Shown in pieces: positions 7,278 to 16,844 of a stretch of 64,000 bases of DNA; the stretch's first letter is position 1; each line of letters starts with the position of its first letter. The notes below the pieces were generated by a model. It was not told the DNA's origin. It made no database searches and worked only from the letters and a program-made list of their open reading frames with translations. The stretch lies in NCBI GenBank assembly GCA_035548055.1, contig DASZTL010000108.1, positions 12,476 through 76,475 of the forward strand, given 5' to 3'. The position numbers and the translations under genes are program-made. Source of the stretch: Mycobacteriales bacterium (GTDB lineage Bacteria > Actinomycetota > Actinomycetes > JAFAQI01).

Positions 7278-8684
7278 TTACTGCTCCGATCCGCGTCGTC
7301 GGACGACGACCTTGAGAGGTGCCAGGCTTCGCTGCTTTGCGCAGCCGGCGTAGACACCGGCGCCGTACGCCGCGTCGTCGGCGATCCGTCCGGCAACGAA
7401 CCGCGGCAGCGCCACACCGGGTCGGCGCACGCGATGCTCCGCGATCGGCGCCGCAACAGCGAGCGCGCTCAGCATCGCGATGCGAGCCGTCCGGCGCCCC
7501 CTCGGTACCGCTGCTGCTGCGAGCAGCGGCAGCCCGAACTGGGTTGCATACCGGCCGACGCCACGCCAGGTCCCGGCCAGCGACTCACCGGTGAGCCGGG
7601 CGGCGGACAGCTCGCTCACGTTCGCCGACCGCAGCGCCTGCTGCGTGGAGAGGTAAGTGCCAACAGCGGCGAAGGCGGCGGCCTTCGGCTTGCGCGCAAG
7701 TGCGGCGGCGACGAAGCCGAGCGGCCACGGGTTCCCGGCGAGGTGCGCTGATGAGGCGGGGTGGCGTGCCGCCAGCGGCGCGGCGGCCGACCCATAGCGG
7801 AACCGCTTCGCGAGCCGCGCCGGCCAGTCGACCGGCTCGTCGTGGAACACCTCGACGGCGGGGTCGTAGCGCACCCGCCAGCCCGCGGCGTCGAGCCGCC
7901 AGACCAGGTCGACGTCCTCGCCGTACCGGAGGTCGCGGTCGAACACCCCCACCTCGGCCAGTGCCGATCGCCGTACGACGAGGGCCGCGGTCGGCACGTA
8001 ACCGACGACGCCGAGCGGCTGGACGCGAGCTTCGTCAGGTCCGAGGTCGAGCAGGCCACAGCGGTGGCGGTAACGGCCGGAGGCGTCACGACGGGCAGAG
8101 ATGACTCGTGGTGCCACCGCACCCACGGCGGGGTCGGCGAAGTGTCCGGCTAGCCGGTCGAGCCAGTCCGACGGCACGCGGCAGTCGCTGTCCACGAACG
8201 CCACCAACTCGGAGGCGACGTCGTCGATCGCGACGTTGCGCGCGCCGGCCGGTCCACCGGCGACCTCGCGGCGCAACAGACCGGCGCCGTGACGGCGCAC
8301 GACGGTAGCGATGCCGACCGGGTCGGCGGACCCGTCGTCGACCACGATCACGCGATGGTCCGACCCGAGCGCATCCAGGCAGCGATCGAGGTAACCCGCC
8401 CGGTCACGCACCGGCACGACGACTGTGATGTCCGACCCGGTCGCGACGCCCGGACGCGGATGCGCCAGGCCGGCATCGGTGAGACGGCGGGCCAGCACTC
8501 CCGCCTTCGACGAGCCAACGACGCCGTCGCGGAGCTGTGCCCAGGCGACTCGTCCACCATCGGACAGCCGAAGCATGCGTCGCGGCCTGCCGCCGAGCAG
8601 CCGGCCGCCGCCCAGGTCGCGAGTGCCCGGGTCGATGGCAAGGGTCGCGCCCTCCGGGACCGGAGGCGCCTCGCTACGGGTCAC
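7278..8684 (-). CDS. mftF: Mycofactocin system glycosyltransferase (GT2 family)
   Basis: GT2 motifs VVVPVRDRAGYLDRCL, VIVVDDGSAD and ARNVAIDD. About 470 aa, typical for MftF, and located in the operon. Confidence 0.75.
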   Translation of the reverse strand: MTRSEAPPVPEGATLAIDPGTRDLGGGRLLGGRPRRMLRLSDGGRVAWAQLRDGVVGSSKAGVLARRLTDAGLAHPRPGVATGSDITVVVPVRDRAGYLDRCLDALGSDHRVIVVDDGSADPVGIATVVRRHGAGLLRREVAGGPAGARNVAIDDVASELVAFVDSDCRVPSDWLDRLAGHFADPAVGAVAPRVISARRDASGRYRHRCGLLDLGPDEARVQPLGVVGYVPTAALVVRRSALAEVGVFDRDLRYGEDVDLVWRLDAAGWRVRYDPAVEVFHDEPVDWPARLAKRFRYGSAAAPLAARHPASSAHLAGNPWPLGFVAAALARKPKAAAFAAVGTYLSTQQALRSANVSELSAARLTGESLAGTWRGVGRYATQFGLPLLAAAAVPRGRRTARIAMLSALAVAAPIAEHRVRRPGVALPRFVAGRIADDAAYGAGVYAGCAKQRSLAPLKVVVRRRGSEQ

Positions 8685-9481
8685 AACGCGAGCCCACCGT
8701 CGACCGGGACGATCGCGCCCGTCATCGCGCTGCTCGCCTCACTGGCGAGGAACGCGATGACGGCGGCGATCTCGACGGGCTCGATCAATCGAGCGACCGG
8801 CTGCTGGCGGGCGAACTCCCCCGACTCGGGCAGGCCGTAGAGCCGGGCGCTTTCGTCCAGCATCGCGGTGTCGGTGGAGCCGGGGCTGATCGCGTTGGCC
8901 GTGACCCCGGTCGGACCGAGCTCGCCGGCGAGCGCGCGGATCAGGCCGGTGACTCCGGCCTTCGCGGCGCTGTACGCCGCCAGCATCGCCAGTCCCCGGC
9001 TCGCGGCAGCGGAGGCCACCGCGATGAACCGCCCGCTCCGTGGCGCGGGACGGCGAAGCAACGCCGGCACGGCCGCCCGGGAGAGGTTGAGGACGCCGCC
9101 GAGGTTGATGTCGATGAGCACCTGCTCGATGTCGATCGACAGCTCCCACTGGTTCACGCCGCCGCCGATGACGCCGGCACAGCCGACGGCCACGTCGAGC
9201 CCACCCCAACGTGTCTCGGCGTCCGCCACTGCGGCGGCGAGCGCGGCGGGGTCGCGTACGTCGGCGATGTGCGCCACAACCCGCGCGCCGGCGCCCGTGG
9301 ATGCAACGACGTCGTCGAGCTCCGCGGCGGTGGCCAGCGCGTACGGCAACCCGTCGACCTCACCGCCGAGGTCGACGGCAAGCACCGCGAAGCCGTCGGC
9401 CGCCAGCGCGCGAACGGTCGCCGCACCGATACCGCGCCCGGCGCCGGTGACGATCGCGACCCGCGGACTCACGCCCGCCAC
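8681..9481 (-). CDS. SDR family oxidoreductase embedded in the mft operon (a mycofactocin-coupled SDR is likely)
   Basis: Motif VAIVTGAGRGIGAA. Overlaps its neighbours by 4 and 13 nt, so it is co-transcribed with mftE and mftF. Confidence 0.7.
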   Translation of the reverse strand: MAGVSPRVAIVTGAGRGIGAATVRALAADGFAVLAVDLGGEVDGLPYALATAAELDDVVASTGAGARVVAHIADVRDPAALAAAVADAETRWGGLDVAVGCAGVIGGGVNQWELSIDIEQVLIDINLGGVLNLSRAAVPALLRRPAPRSGRFIAVASAAASRGLAMLAAYSAAKAGVTGLIRALAGELGPTGVTANAISPGSTDTAMLDESARLYGLPESGEFARQQPVARLIEPVEIAAVIAFLASEASSAMTGAIVPVDGGLAL

Positions 9482-10146
9482 CGAACGACGTCAGCGATCA
9501 GATGGGCAGCGGCCTGGTCGAGAAGTGCCTCGCCCTCCGGTGCGCTCGCGCCCACCGGGTTGCCGAGGACGCCGGTCGGGCTGACGGCGCGGACGCCCTC
9601 CGCGCGCAGCTGCGGCAACAGCTCCGATAGCGGTTGCATGTTGCCCGGCGCGGCCATGTCGAGCCGGACCCGGTTGGGCTGGACGACGAGCATCATCGAC
9701 GTCTCGACGCGACCCGCGTGCGGATCGCCCTCCCAGCGCGGGAGGAACATCATCACGTTGTGGCCCTCCTCGCGAGCGCGCGTCACGCTGCGCAGGAGCG
9801 CCTCGGCGTTCCCGCCGTGGCCGCACACGAATACGACGCCGTCGAAGCTGGCCGAGGCGGATCGCACCAGCTCGATGAGCACCAGCTCGAGCGCCTCCTG
9901 CCCGATCGACAGGGTTCCGGGGAAGCCAGCGTGCTCACCGCTCGACCCGTAAGGCAGCGCAGGTGCGACCACGACGTCGTCCCGCTCGGCGGCCAGCAGA
10001 TCGCACAACACGACGGCGATCTCGGTGTCGGTCGCGAACGGCAGGTGCGGCCCGTGCTGCTCGGTCGATCCGAGCGGGACCGCGAGCAGCGGGCGCCTGC
10101 CGTCAAGGTCTGGCCAGGTGAGGTCACTGAGCCGGGCGCTCGTCAT
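9469..10146 (-). CDS. mftE: Creatininase-family mycofactocin precursor peptidase
   Basis: GSTEQHGPHLPFATDTEIA, the creatinine amidohydrolase family signature. The start is corrected to an internal ATG (MTSARLSD); the 47-aa extension in the track overlaps mftC. Confidence 0.75.
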   Translation of the reverse strand: MTSARLSDLTWPDLDGRRPLLAVPLGSTEQHGPHLPFATDTEIAVVLCDLLAAERDDVVVAPALPYGSSGEHAGFPGTLSIGQEALELVLIELVRSASASFDGVVFVCGHGGNAEALLRSVTRAREEGHNVMMFLPRWEGDPHAGRVETSMMLVVQPNRVRLDMAAPGNMQPLSELLPQLRAEGVRAVSPTGVLGNPVGASAPEGEALLDQAAAHLIADVVRWRA

Positions 10147-10156
10147 GGTGGGACCG

Positions 10157-11305
10157 CTACGCCAGCGGACTGGCGTCGCAGGCGCGGTCCGGCCGCTTGC
10201 CGATGGTGATCGGCACGCCACGTGAGTGGTCCGGCGACGGACGAGGCGTGCTGCCCGCCGGGACGGCTGCGAGGGAGGACTCGCCATGCCCCTTCACGCA
10301 TTCGGGGTCAGGCCCGTCGAGTGGCAGACCGGTGAAGAACTTCGCCGCCATGCAGCCTCCGCGGCAGGCGTCGTACGACGAGCACTTCGTGCAGGCGCCG
10401 CCGGTCTGCGGGCTGCGCAGCTCGGCGAACAATGACGACTCCCGCCACACCGTCTCGAATCCGCCGGCGTTGCGGACGTTGCCGGCGAGGAACTGCTCGT
10501 GGATCGCGAACGGGCAGGCGTAGACGTCACCGACCGGATCGACGAGACATACGACGCGTCCGGCACCGCAGAGGTTGAGACCCGGGAGTGCGTCGCCGTA
10601 GGCGCCGAGATGGAAGAACGAGTCGCCCGTGAGTACCTGCTCGCCATTGCCGACCAGCCAGTCGTAGAGCGCACGCTGCTGCTCGGGTAACGGGTGCAGC
10701 TCGTGCCAGACCTCGGCGCCGCGACCGGCCGGACGCAGCCGCGTGATGCGCAGCTGCGCGTCGTACCGATCGGCGATCGCCTTGAACTCGTCGAGCTGGC
10801 CGATGTTGTGCCGGGTCATGACGACCGAGATCTTGAAGCCGCGCATCCCCGCGGCGTACAGGTTCTCCATCGCGCGGATCGCGGTCGCGAACGAGCCCGG
10901 GCCACGCACTGCGTCGTTGACCTCGGCGGTCGCGCCATCGATCGAGATCTGTACGTCGACGTAGTCGCTCGCCGCGAGCCGCTTCGCGACGCCGGGGGTG
11001 ATCTTCACACCGTTGGTGGAGAACTTCACGCCGACGTGATGCGCGGTCGCGTAGTCGACGAGCTCCCAGAAGTCGCTGCGAACGGTCGGCTCGCCACCGC
11101 CGATGTTGACGTAGAAGACCTGCATCCGCTCGAAGGTGTCGATGAGCGCCTTGCACTCGTCGGTGCTCAGCTCACGCGGATCACGACGACCGGAGCTGGA
11201 CAGGCAGTGGGTGCACGCGAGGTTGCAGGCGTAGGTGAGCTCCCACGTCAGGCAGATCGGCGAGTCGAGGCCGAGCTCGAAGTGATCGAGCAGCGTGGCA
11301 GTCAT
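10157..11305 (-). CDS. mftC: Radical SAM/SPASM mycofactocin maturase
   Basis: CNLACTHC radical-SAM cluster motif near the N-terminus and a Cys-rich SPASM C-terminal region (CGAGRVVC, CTKCSSYDACRGGC). Its ATG overlaps the mftB stop in an ATGA arrangement. Confidence 0.85.
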   Translation of the reverse strand: MTATLLDHFELGLDSPICLTWELTYACNLACTHCLSSSGRRDPRELSTDECKALIDTFERMQVFYVNIGGGEPTVRSDFWELVDYATAHHVGVKFSTNGVKITPGVAKRLAASDYVDVQISIDGATAEVNDAVRGPGSFATAIRAMENLYAAGMRGFKISVVMTRHNIGQLDEFKAIADRYDAQLRITRLRPAGRGAEVWHELHPLPEQQRALYDWLVGNGEQVLTGDSFFHLGAYGDALPGLNLCGAGRVVCLVDPVGDVYACPFAIHEQFLAGNVRNAGGFETVWRESSLFAELRSPQTGGACTKCSSYDACRGGCMAAKFFTGLPLDGPDPECVKGHGESSLAAVPAGSTPRPSPDHSRGVPITIGKRPDRACDASPLA

Positions 11306-11598
11306 GTGGCAACCCGTTCCCGGATCATGTCGGTGGCGGCGAGCCCGGCCAGTGCGCGCTCGTACGTCGGCGTGTCGGCCTCGGTCACGCCGGACTCGGC
11401 CAGCGCGACACGGGCCGACGTGGACGAGTCAAGCCGCCGGACCGCGTCGAGCAGCGTCGGCGTCTTCAGGAACGACAGCCGGCGGGTGCCGAAGTGGTAC
11501 AGCAGGGCGCCGAAGCGCTCCGGCCGGACGGCGACGCTGGGGTGGATCTCCCAGGCGCTGTCCAAGTCGAAGCCGGAGGCTTCGCCTTCAGTAGGCAC
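11302..11598 (-). CDS. mftB: Mycofactocin biosynthesis chaperone (RRE/PqqD-like)
   Basis: FDLDSAWEIHPSVAVRPERFGALLYHFGTRRLSFLKTPTLLD matches the MftB consensus. The start is set at GTG 11598; the 227-aa ORF in the track has an upstream out-of-context extension. Confidence 0.75.
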   Translation of the reverse strand: MPTEGEASGFDLDSAWEIHPSVAVRPERFGALLYHFGTRRLSFLKTPTLLDAVRRLDSSTSARVALAESGVTEADTPTYERALAGLAATDMIRERVAT

Positions 11599-11609
11599 GG
11601 TCGAACGAC

Positions 11610-11732
11610 TTAGTAGACACCACACATGCCGTCGATCGAGACATCCTCGACGAGCACGTCCTCGACGACGACGGCTTCGGCCGTCTCGTCGGTCTCGGTC
11701 TCTACGGCCGCATCGGTCGCGGTCGGCGTCAT
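11610..11732 (-). CDS. mftA: Mycofactocin precursor peptide (40 aa)
   Basis: C-terminus ...VEDVSIDGMCGVY, the invariant IDGMCGVY tail of MftA. Start taken at the internal Met (MTPTATD...). Confidence 0.85.
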   Translation of the reverse strand: MTPTATDAAVETETDETAEAVVVEDVLVEDVSIDGMCGVY

Positions 11733-11757
11733 GGCTTCTCCCTGTTCCTCGACATGC

Positions 11758-12387
11758 GTGTTGGGCGACAGGCGGACAATATCGGCACTCGGTGCCAGAA
11801 TCAATGCCGTGGGACGCGGCCGGCCTCGCGAGACCAGTGCACGGGAGCTCGAGGTGGTGGCGCTGGAGCTGTTCGCGGCCCAGGGCTACGCCCAGACCTC
11901 GGTCGAGCAGATCGCGGCTGGCGCGGGCGTCAGCAAGCGGACCTTCTTCCGGTACTTCGACTCCAAGGCGGCCGTCCTCTGGCACGACTTCGACAACGAG
12001 GTCGAGCAGCTGCGGGCAGCCTTCGCCCAGGTGCCGGCCAGCACGACGCTCATGACAGCCATTCGCGAAGTGGTCGTGAGCGTGAACCGTTACCGCGCCG
12101 AGGACGTGCCGGAGCTACGAACCCGGATGCAGCTCATCAGTACCGACCCGGCACTGGAGGCCAGTGCTGCCTCGCGCTACGACGCCTGGGAGCGAGCCGT
12201 CTCGGAGTTCGCGGCGGCCCGCCTCGCCGAGTCGGCCGACGCGCTGATCCCGCTCGCGATCGGGCGTACGACGCTTGCCGCCTGCCGGGCGGCGTACGAG
12301 GTGTGGCTCACCCGCGCGGACGCCGACCTCACCGTCTACCTCGACGAGAGCCTGCGCGCTCTCGCCGCCGGCTTCCGAGCGAAGTAG
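11758..12387 (+). CDS. mftR: TetR family transcriptional regulator, divergent from mftA (MftR-like)
   Basis: TetR HTH region GRGRPRETSARELEVVALELFAAQGYAQTSVEQIAAGAGVSKRTFFRYF. The start codon is uncertain (GTG 11758 or ATG 11731); the upstream part of the track ORF overlaps mftA on the opposite strand. Confidence 0.65.
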   Translation: MLGDRRTISALGARINAVGRGRPRETSARELEVVALELFAAQGYAQTSVEQIAAGAGVSKRTFFRYFDSKAAVLWHDFDNEVEQLRAAFAQVPASTTLMTAIREVVVSVNRYRAEDVPELRTRMQLISTDPALEASAASRYDAWERAVSEFAAARLAESADALIPLAIGRTTLAACRAAYEVWLTRADADLTVYLDESLRALAAGFRAK

Positions 12388-12494
12388 CCGGCAGCGGGCT
12401 GCGGCGTCTGCCGCGGCGGTCCGTACAGCTCGCTGGGCAACTCGCGAACGGTGGTACTGCACAACGCGGCGTCAGGCTGCCTACTGTGACGCCT

Positions 12495-13391
12495 ATGGGT
12501 ATCGGCACCAACGCCGCGGTCGAAGCGCGAGGGCTGTCGAAGTCGTACGGCCGTGCACGGGGCATCACCGGCGTCGACCTCGACGTGGCCTCCGGTGAGG
12601 TTCTTGCGCTCGTCGGTGCGAACGGAGCCGGCAAGACGACCTTCATGCGGCTCCTGCTGGACTTCATCCGCCCGACGAGTGGGGCCGTCAAAGTGCTGGG
12701 ATTCGACAGCGTCCACGACTCGGTCGAGGTACGACGACGCACGACGTACCTTCCCGGAGAGCTCGTCATCCCGAGCAGGATCACCGGTGAGGAGGCGGTT
12801 CGCCGCTTCACGTTCGCGCGACACGATCTGCGCGCCGACCAGGTACGAGCGATCGCCGAGCGCATTCACCTGGACCTGTCGCGACGGGTCGGTGACCTGT
12901 CGAAAGGAAACAAGCAGAAGCTGGGCCTCGTGATCGCGCTCGCCCCGCGAGCGGACCTGCTCGTGCTCGACGAGCCCACCAGCGGTCTCGACCCGCTGCT
13001 GCAGCGAGTGTTCGGTGACCTCGTCAAGGAACGCGCAGCGGATGGCACCGCCATCCTCCTCTCCAGCCATGTCATGTCCGAGGTCGAGCAGATCGCAACC
13101 CGGGTCGCCCTGTTGCGAGACGGCCGGGTCGCGGTTGTCGACGACATCGCGGCAATCCGGGAGCGGTCGCGGCGGCGCGGACGGCTGCGCCCTCGCGACC
13201 CCTCCGACCTCGCAGCAGTCGCGGACGCGATCCGGTCGCTTCCCGGTGTTTCCGACGTCGGGTTGGAGGCAGACGTGGTCACGTTCGCCTGCACCGGTGA
13301 CATGGACGCACTGCTGAAGCAAGTGGCGAGCTTCGGCATCGCGGCATTCGACGTCGCGCACGCCGAGCTCGAGGATGCGTTCTTCGCATGA
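12495..13391 (+). CDS. ABC transporter ATP-binding protein (ABC-2 exporter type)
   Basis: Walker A GANGAGKTT, signature LSKGNKQKLGL and Walker B LLVLDEPTSGLD. Confidence 0.8.
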   Translation: MGIGTNAAVEARGLSKSYGRARGITGVDLDVASGEVLALVGANGAGKTTFMRLLLDFIRPTSGAVKVLGFDSVHDSVEVRRRTTYLPGELVIPSRITGEEAVRRFTFARHDLRADQVRAIAERIHLDLSRRVGDLSKGNKQKLGLVIALAPRADLLVLDEPTSGLDPLLQRVFGDLVKERAADGTAILLSSHVMSEVEQIATRVALLRDGRVAVVDDIAAIRERSRRRGRLRPRDPSDLAAVADAIRSLPGVSDVGLEADVVTFACTGDMDALLKQVASFGIAAFDVAHAELEDAFFA

Positions 13392-14188
13392 TCGGTTCGC
13401 TCGGCGTCACGCGCAGCGACCTCCGGCTGCGGCGCACCTCCCTGATCCTGTGGTTCGTCGCGGTCACGGTGCTGGTCGCCGGTATAGCCGCGATCTACCC
13501 GACTGTGCGCTCCAACCCATCGCTCGACAGCATCTACGGGGACCTTTCACCAACCGTTCAGGCACTGCTCGGCGGCGCGAGTCTCACCTCGCCATCCGGA
13601 TACCTGAACACACAGCTGTTCGCCTTCTTCCTGCCTGCGGTGCTCCTCGTCTTCGCGATCGGTCGAGGTGCCAGCTCGATCGCGGGTGAGGAAGAGGACC
13701 GCACTCTCGATCTCCTGCTCGCGCAGCCTCTCGCACGCGGTCGGCTGTACGCCGAGAAGGCGCTCGCCGTACTGATCGGGGTCGTCACCCTGATCGTCGG
13801 GTCCGTCGTCGGCGTGGTGGCCCTCCGCCAGCCCGCCGACCTCACCCTGCCGTACGTGAACCTGGTGGCGGTGTGCGTGCAGATGGGCCTGATGTGCGCG
13901 GCCCTCGGACTCGGCGCGCAGGCCGTCGCTGCGGCGAGCGGGCGGCGGGTGGTGGGGATCGCGGCGAGCGCCGGCTACACCTTCGTCTCCTACATCGTGT
14001 ACGGGTTGAGCGCGACCGTGCATCCGCTCTCCTACGTCAGGCCATTCACGCTGTGGCGGTGGTATCTCGGCGGCGACCCCTTGACCTCCGGATTCGGGAT
14101 CGAAGAGCTTCTGGTGCTCGCGGGGGTCTGCATTGCGATGGTCGCGGTTGGCACGCAGGCGTTTCGGCGACGCGACCTGCACGCCTGA
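13388..14188 (+). CDS. ABC-2 family transporter permease
   Basis: ATGA overlap with the upstream ATPase. Six predicted hydrophobic segments. Confidence 0.7.
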   Translation: MIGSLGVTRSDLRLRRTSLILWFVAVTVLVAGIAAIYPTVRSNPSLDSIYGDLSPTVQALLGGASLTSPSGYLNTQLFAFFLPAVLLVFAIGRGASSIAGEEEDRTLDLLLAQPLARGRLYAEKALAVLIGVVTLIVGSVVGVVALRQPADLTLPYVNLVAVCVQMGLMCAALGLGAQAVAAASGRRVVGIAASAGYTFVSYIVYGLSATVHPLSYVRPFTLWRWYLGGDPLTSGFGIEELLVLAGVCIAMVAVGTQAFRRRDLHA

Positions 14189-14203
14189 CACGAGGCGAGC
14201 TGG

Positions 14204-14953
14204 CTACCTGGCGGCGCCGGCCGACGGGCGGGCCAGCGCGGCGAACGTCGAGAGCTGAAACCAGCCTGGGAGCGCGCGTCGTACCTGAGATGCGCCCTGG
14301 AGCTCAACGGCACCAGAGCGAATCGCGGCGCCCCACTGCAGGTCACCACGCCAGATCCGGGTCAGCTCCCGCAGCCCGGCAACAACCGTCACGGTCACGG
14401 GATACCCGGGATCCGCGTCACAGACATCGGCGCCATTCGGAGTGATGACCAGCCACCACTGGCTGCTCCGTACCGCGACGTCCACGAAGCGGAACTGCAC
14501 GACGGCGCGCGGGCGCGGCACAGCGTCGTGGTTGAGGTTGCGGTGCATGTCCCACAGCAGCAGCTTCGGATCGAGATCCTCGTCACCGATCTGTCCGATC
14601 CAGCGGATCCCCCATGCGCCGTACGCCTCGACGAGCGGGCCCAGCTCACGTCCGGCCGGCGTCAGGGCGTAGCGCACGGTGCCGGCATCCTCGACTCGCT
14701 CCACGATGCCGGCGCGCGTCAGCTGCCCGAGCCGGCTGGAAAGCAGGCTGGGAGACATCCGCGGGACGCCGCGTCGCAGATCGTTGAACCGTTCGCTCCC
14801 GGCAAGCAGCTCGCGCACCACCAGCAAGGTCCAGCGCTCGCCGAGCAGCTCCATCGCCTTGGCCACCGGACAGAACTGCCCGTACGACGCGCTCACCGGG
14901 CCTACGTTAGGCGCGCCACCACCCGGTGGTACAGATCTCGTACTAGGTGACAC
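14204..14953 (-). CDS. HxlR-family winged-helix transcriptional regulator with a C-terminal extension
   Basis: YGQFCPVAKAMELLGERWTLLVVRELLAGSERFNDL, the HxlR signature. It is divergent from a methyltransferase. Confidence 0.7.
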   Translation of the reverse strand: MSPSTRSVPPGGGAPNVGPVSASYGQFCPVAKAMELLGERWTLLVVRELLAGSERFNDLRRGVPRMSPSLLSSRLGQLTRAGIVERVEDAGTVRYALTPAGRELGPLVEAYGAWGIRWIGQIGDEDLDPKLLLWDMHRNLNHDAVPRPRAVVQFRFVDVAVRSSQWWLVITPNGADVCDADPGYPVTVTVVAGLRELTRIWRGDLQWGAAIRSGAVELQGASQVRRALPGWFQLSTFAALARPSAGAAR

Positions 14954-15001
14954 GACCGCCCCTTCCTACGCTTTGCGTCAACGCAGCGAAGGAGGCGGCA
15001 G

Positions 15002-15844
15002 ATGAGCACCATCGACGGGCTCGGCGTCGAGGACCAGGCGCTGAAGACGAGGCACCGCGCGATGTGGGCGCTGGGTGACTACCCCCAGGTCGCGCTCGAC
15101 GTCATCCCTGACCTCGGCGCCGGGTTGGTCGACGCGGCGGGAGTCCGGCCCAGCGACCGCGTGCTGGACGTCGCGGCCGGCTCAGGGAACGTGGCGATAC
15201 CGGCGGCACTCGCCGGCGGGCGCGTCGTCGCCTGCGACCTGACTCCCGAGATGTTCGACGCCGGCGCGAAGCAGGCGGCGCAACGGGGTGCCGAGGTGGA
15301 CTGGCGCGAAGGCGATGCGGAAGCTCTCCCCTTCGCCGACGGCGAGTTCGACGTCGTGCTGTCCTGCGTCGGCGTGATGTTCGCGCCGCATCACCAAGCC
15401 GCCGCCGACGAGCTGGTCCGGGTCTGCCGTGCGGGCGGGACGATCGGGCTGATCAGCTGGACACCGGAAGGGTTCGTCGGCCAGATGCTCGCGGCCATGC
15501 GGCCGTTCGTCGCGCCACCCCCATCCGGCGCCCAGCCGCCGACGATGTGGGGCGACGAAGGACACATCCGCTCACTCTTCGGCAGCCGCGTCACCGCCCT
15601 CACCACGAGCCGCCAGATGGTCACCGTCGACCGGTTCGGCAGCCCGGCTGAGTTCCGGGAGTACTTCAAGGCCTATTACGGACCGACTGCGGCGGCGTAC
15701 CGGGGACTGGCAGACTCCCCCGGCCGTGCTGCCGAGCTCGACGCGGCGCTCGACGGGTTGGCGCGCGCCGGCAATCGCGGCGCCGCGGGGCTGACTATGG
15801 ACTGGGAGTACCTCGTGGTGATCGCGACGACGCAGGGCGGCTGA
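15002..15844 (+). CDS. Class I SAM-dependent methyltransferase (type 11)
   Basis: VLDVAAGSGNVAIPAA motif I and DVVLSCVGVMF motif II. Confidence 0.8.
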   Translation: MSTIDGLGVEDQALKTRHRAMWALGDYPQVALDVIPDLGAGLVDAAGVRPSDRVLDVAAGSGNVAIPAALAGGRVVACDLTPEMFDAGAKQAAQRGAEVDWREGDAEALPFADGEFDVVLSCVGVMFAPHHQAAADELVRVCRAGGTIGLISWTPEGFVGQMLAAMRPFVAPPPSGAQPPTMWGDEGHIRSLFGSRVTALTTSRQMVTVDRFGSPAEFREYFKAYYGPTAAAYRGLADSPGRAAELDAALDGLARAGNRGAAGLTMDWEYLVVIATTQGG

Positions 15845-15987
15845 TCCCCTCAGGGATGCGGCCTCGTCCGAGCCCCACCCCGAAGGAGCACAAACACCTC
15901 GCGCGCTGTCCCCGAGATCGGTCACCTGGGGACGAATGACATCGGGCGGGCGACGTTGTCTGCTGCTTCGGACGAGAAGATGACGGC

Positions 15988-16401
15988 ATGAAGGCGCCGA
16001 TTCCGTTTCTCATGTTCTGTGGCGAGCAGCACGGCCGCGCCGAGGAGGCCATCAACCGGTACTGCTCGATCTTCGACGACTCGCGAGTGATCGCCATCGA
16101 GCGGTACGGCGCCGAAGGACCGGAGCCCGAAGGGACGGTTCGGCATGCGCGAGTCGAGATCTGCGGCTCCGAGCTCATGGCGATCGACAGCGCCGCGCCG
16201 CACAAGTTCGCCTTCACACCCGCGATCTCGCTGTGGATCGAGTGCTCCTCCCGCGAAGAGCTCGATGCCACCGCGAAGAAGCTGCAAGAAGGCGGGGGGT
16301 TCCTGATGCCACCCGGCAACTACGGCTTCAGCGAGTGGTTCTGCTGGGTCGCCGACAAGTACGGCGTCACCTGGCAACTCGTCTTCGACATGCACGGCTG
16401 A
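15988..16401 (+). CDS. VOC/glyoxalase-fold protein (PhnB-like)
   Basis: PFLMFCGEQHGRAEEAINRYCSIF and the GGFLMPPGNYGFSEWFCWVADKYGVTWQL tail, typical of the PhnB/3-demethylubiquinone-MTase-like VOC family. Confidence 0.7.
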   Translation: MKAPIPFLMFCGEQHGRAEEAINRYCSIFDDSRVIAIERYGAEGPEPEGTVRHARVEICGSELMAIDSAAPHKFAFTPAISLWIECSSREELDATAKKLQEGGGFLMPPGNYGFSEWFCWVADKYGVTWQLVFDMHG

Positions 16402-16451
16402 CCGCGAGGGATACTCGGTACGTGGCCTGGTTGGTGCGCAAGGCCCACGAG

Positions 16452-16835
16452 ATGGGCACCGTTCGATCGATCGCGCTCGTTGGCGCGCTCGGTTGGAGCG
16501 CCGCACTGATCGTCGGTGCGTGCGTCGTACCGGTCTATTCCTCCGACGGACCGGCGGGTAGCGGGTCAGCCACGTTGGTCGGCGAGAACGGCGCCGGCGT
16601 GATCGGCGTCGTGATCATCCCGCTCGTCGTCTCCGTCGTCGTCGCGGCTGTCCTGAACCGCCGGAGTGCGGCGCCGAATGCCGGGCCGGTCGCGTGGACC
16701 GCGACCGGATTGCTGGCCACCTTCAACGTCCTCGCGTTGCTCTCGATCGGGATCTTCGTGTTGCCGGTGACCGTCTGCCTGGTAGTGGCTTGTATGCAGC
16801 ACGCGAGAGGTACGGTCGTCGTACGCGCTTCCTGA
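16452..16835 (+). CDS. Hypothetical small membrane protein (4 TM)
   Basis: Start corrected to the internal ATG. Hydrophobic segments throughout; no family motif recognised. Confidence 0.45.
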   Translation: MGTVRSIALVGALGWSAALIVGACVVPVYSSDGPAGSGSATLVGENGAGVIGVVIIPLVVSVVVAAVLNRRSAAPNAGPVAWTATGLLATFNVLALLSIGIFVLPVTVCLVVACMQHARGTVVVRAS

Positions 16836-16844
16836 GAGGGAGAC

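Noticed and set aside
9469-10287. N-terminal extensions in the track for mftE, mftB (11302-11985), the thiolase (to 21491), the ACAD (to 19213), the membrane protein (from 16233), the MBL hydrolase (from 56091), the SRPBCC protein (from 56900), the arylsulfatase (to 49608) and the ABM-like gene (to 45919)
   Set aside because: The extensions overlap upstream genes, lack family homology and are low-complexity. Internal ATG or GTG codons placed right after the upstream stop give proteins of canonical length, so the starts were corrected.
11754-13391. 545-aa + strand ORF
   Set aside because: It is a frame running across mftR and the ABC ATPase in a non-coding Arg/Gly/Ala-rich frame. The real genes are 11758-12387 (TetR, other frame) and 12495-13391.
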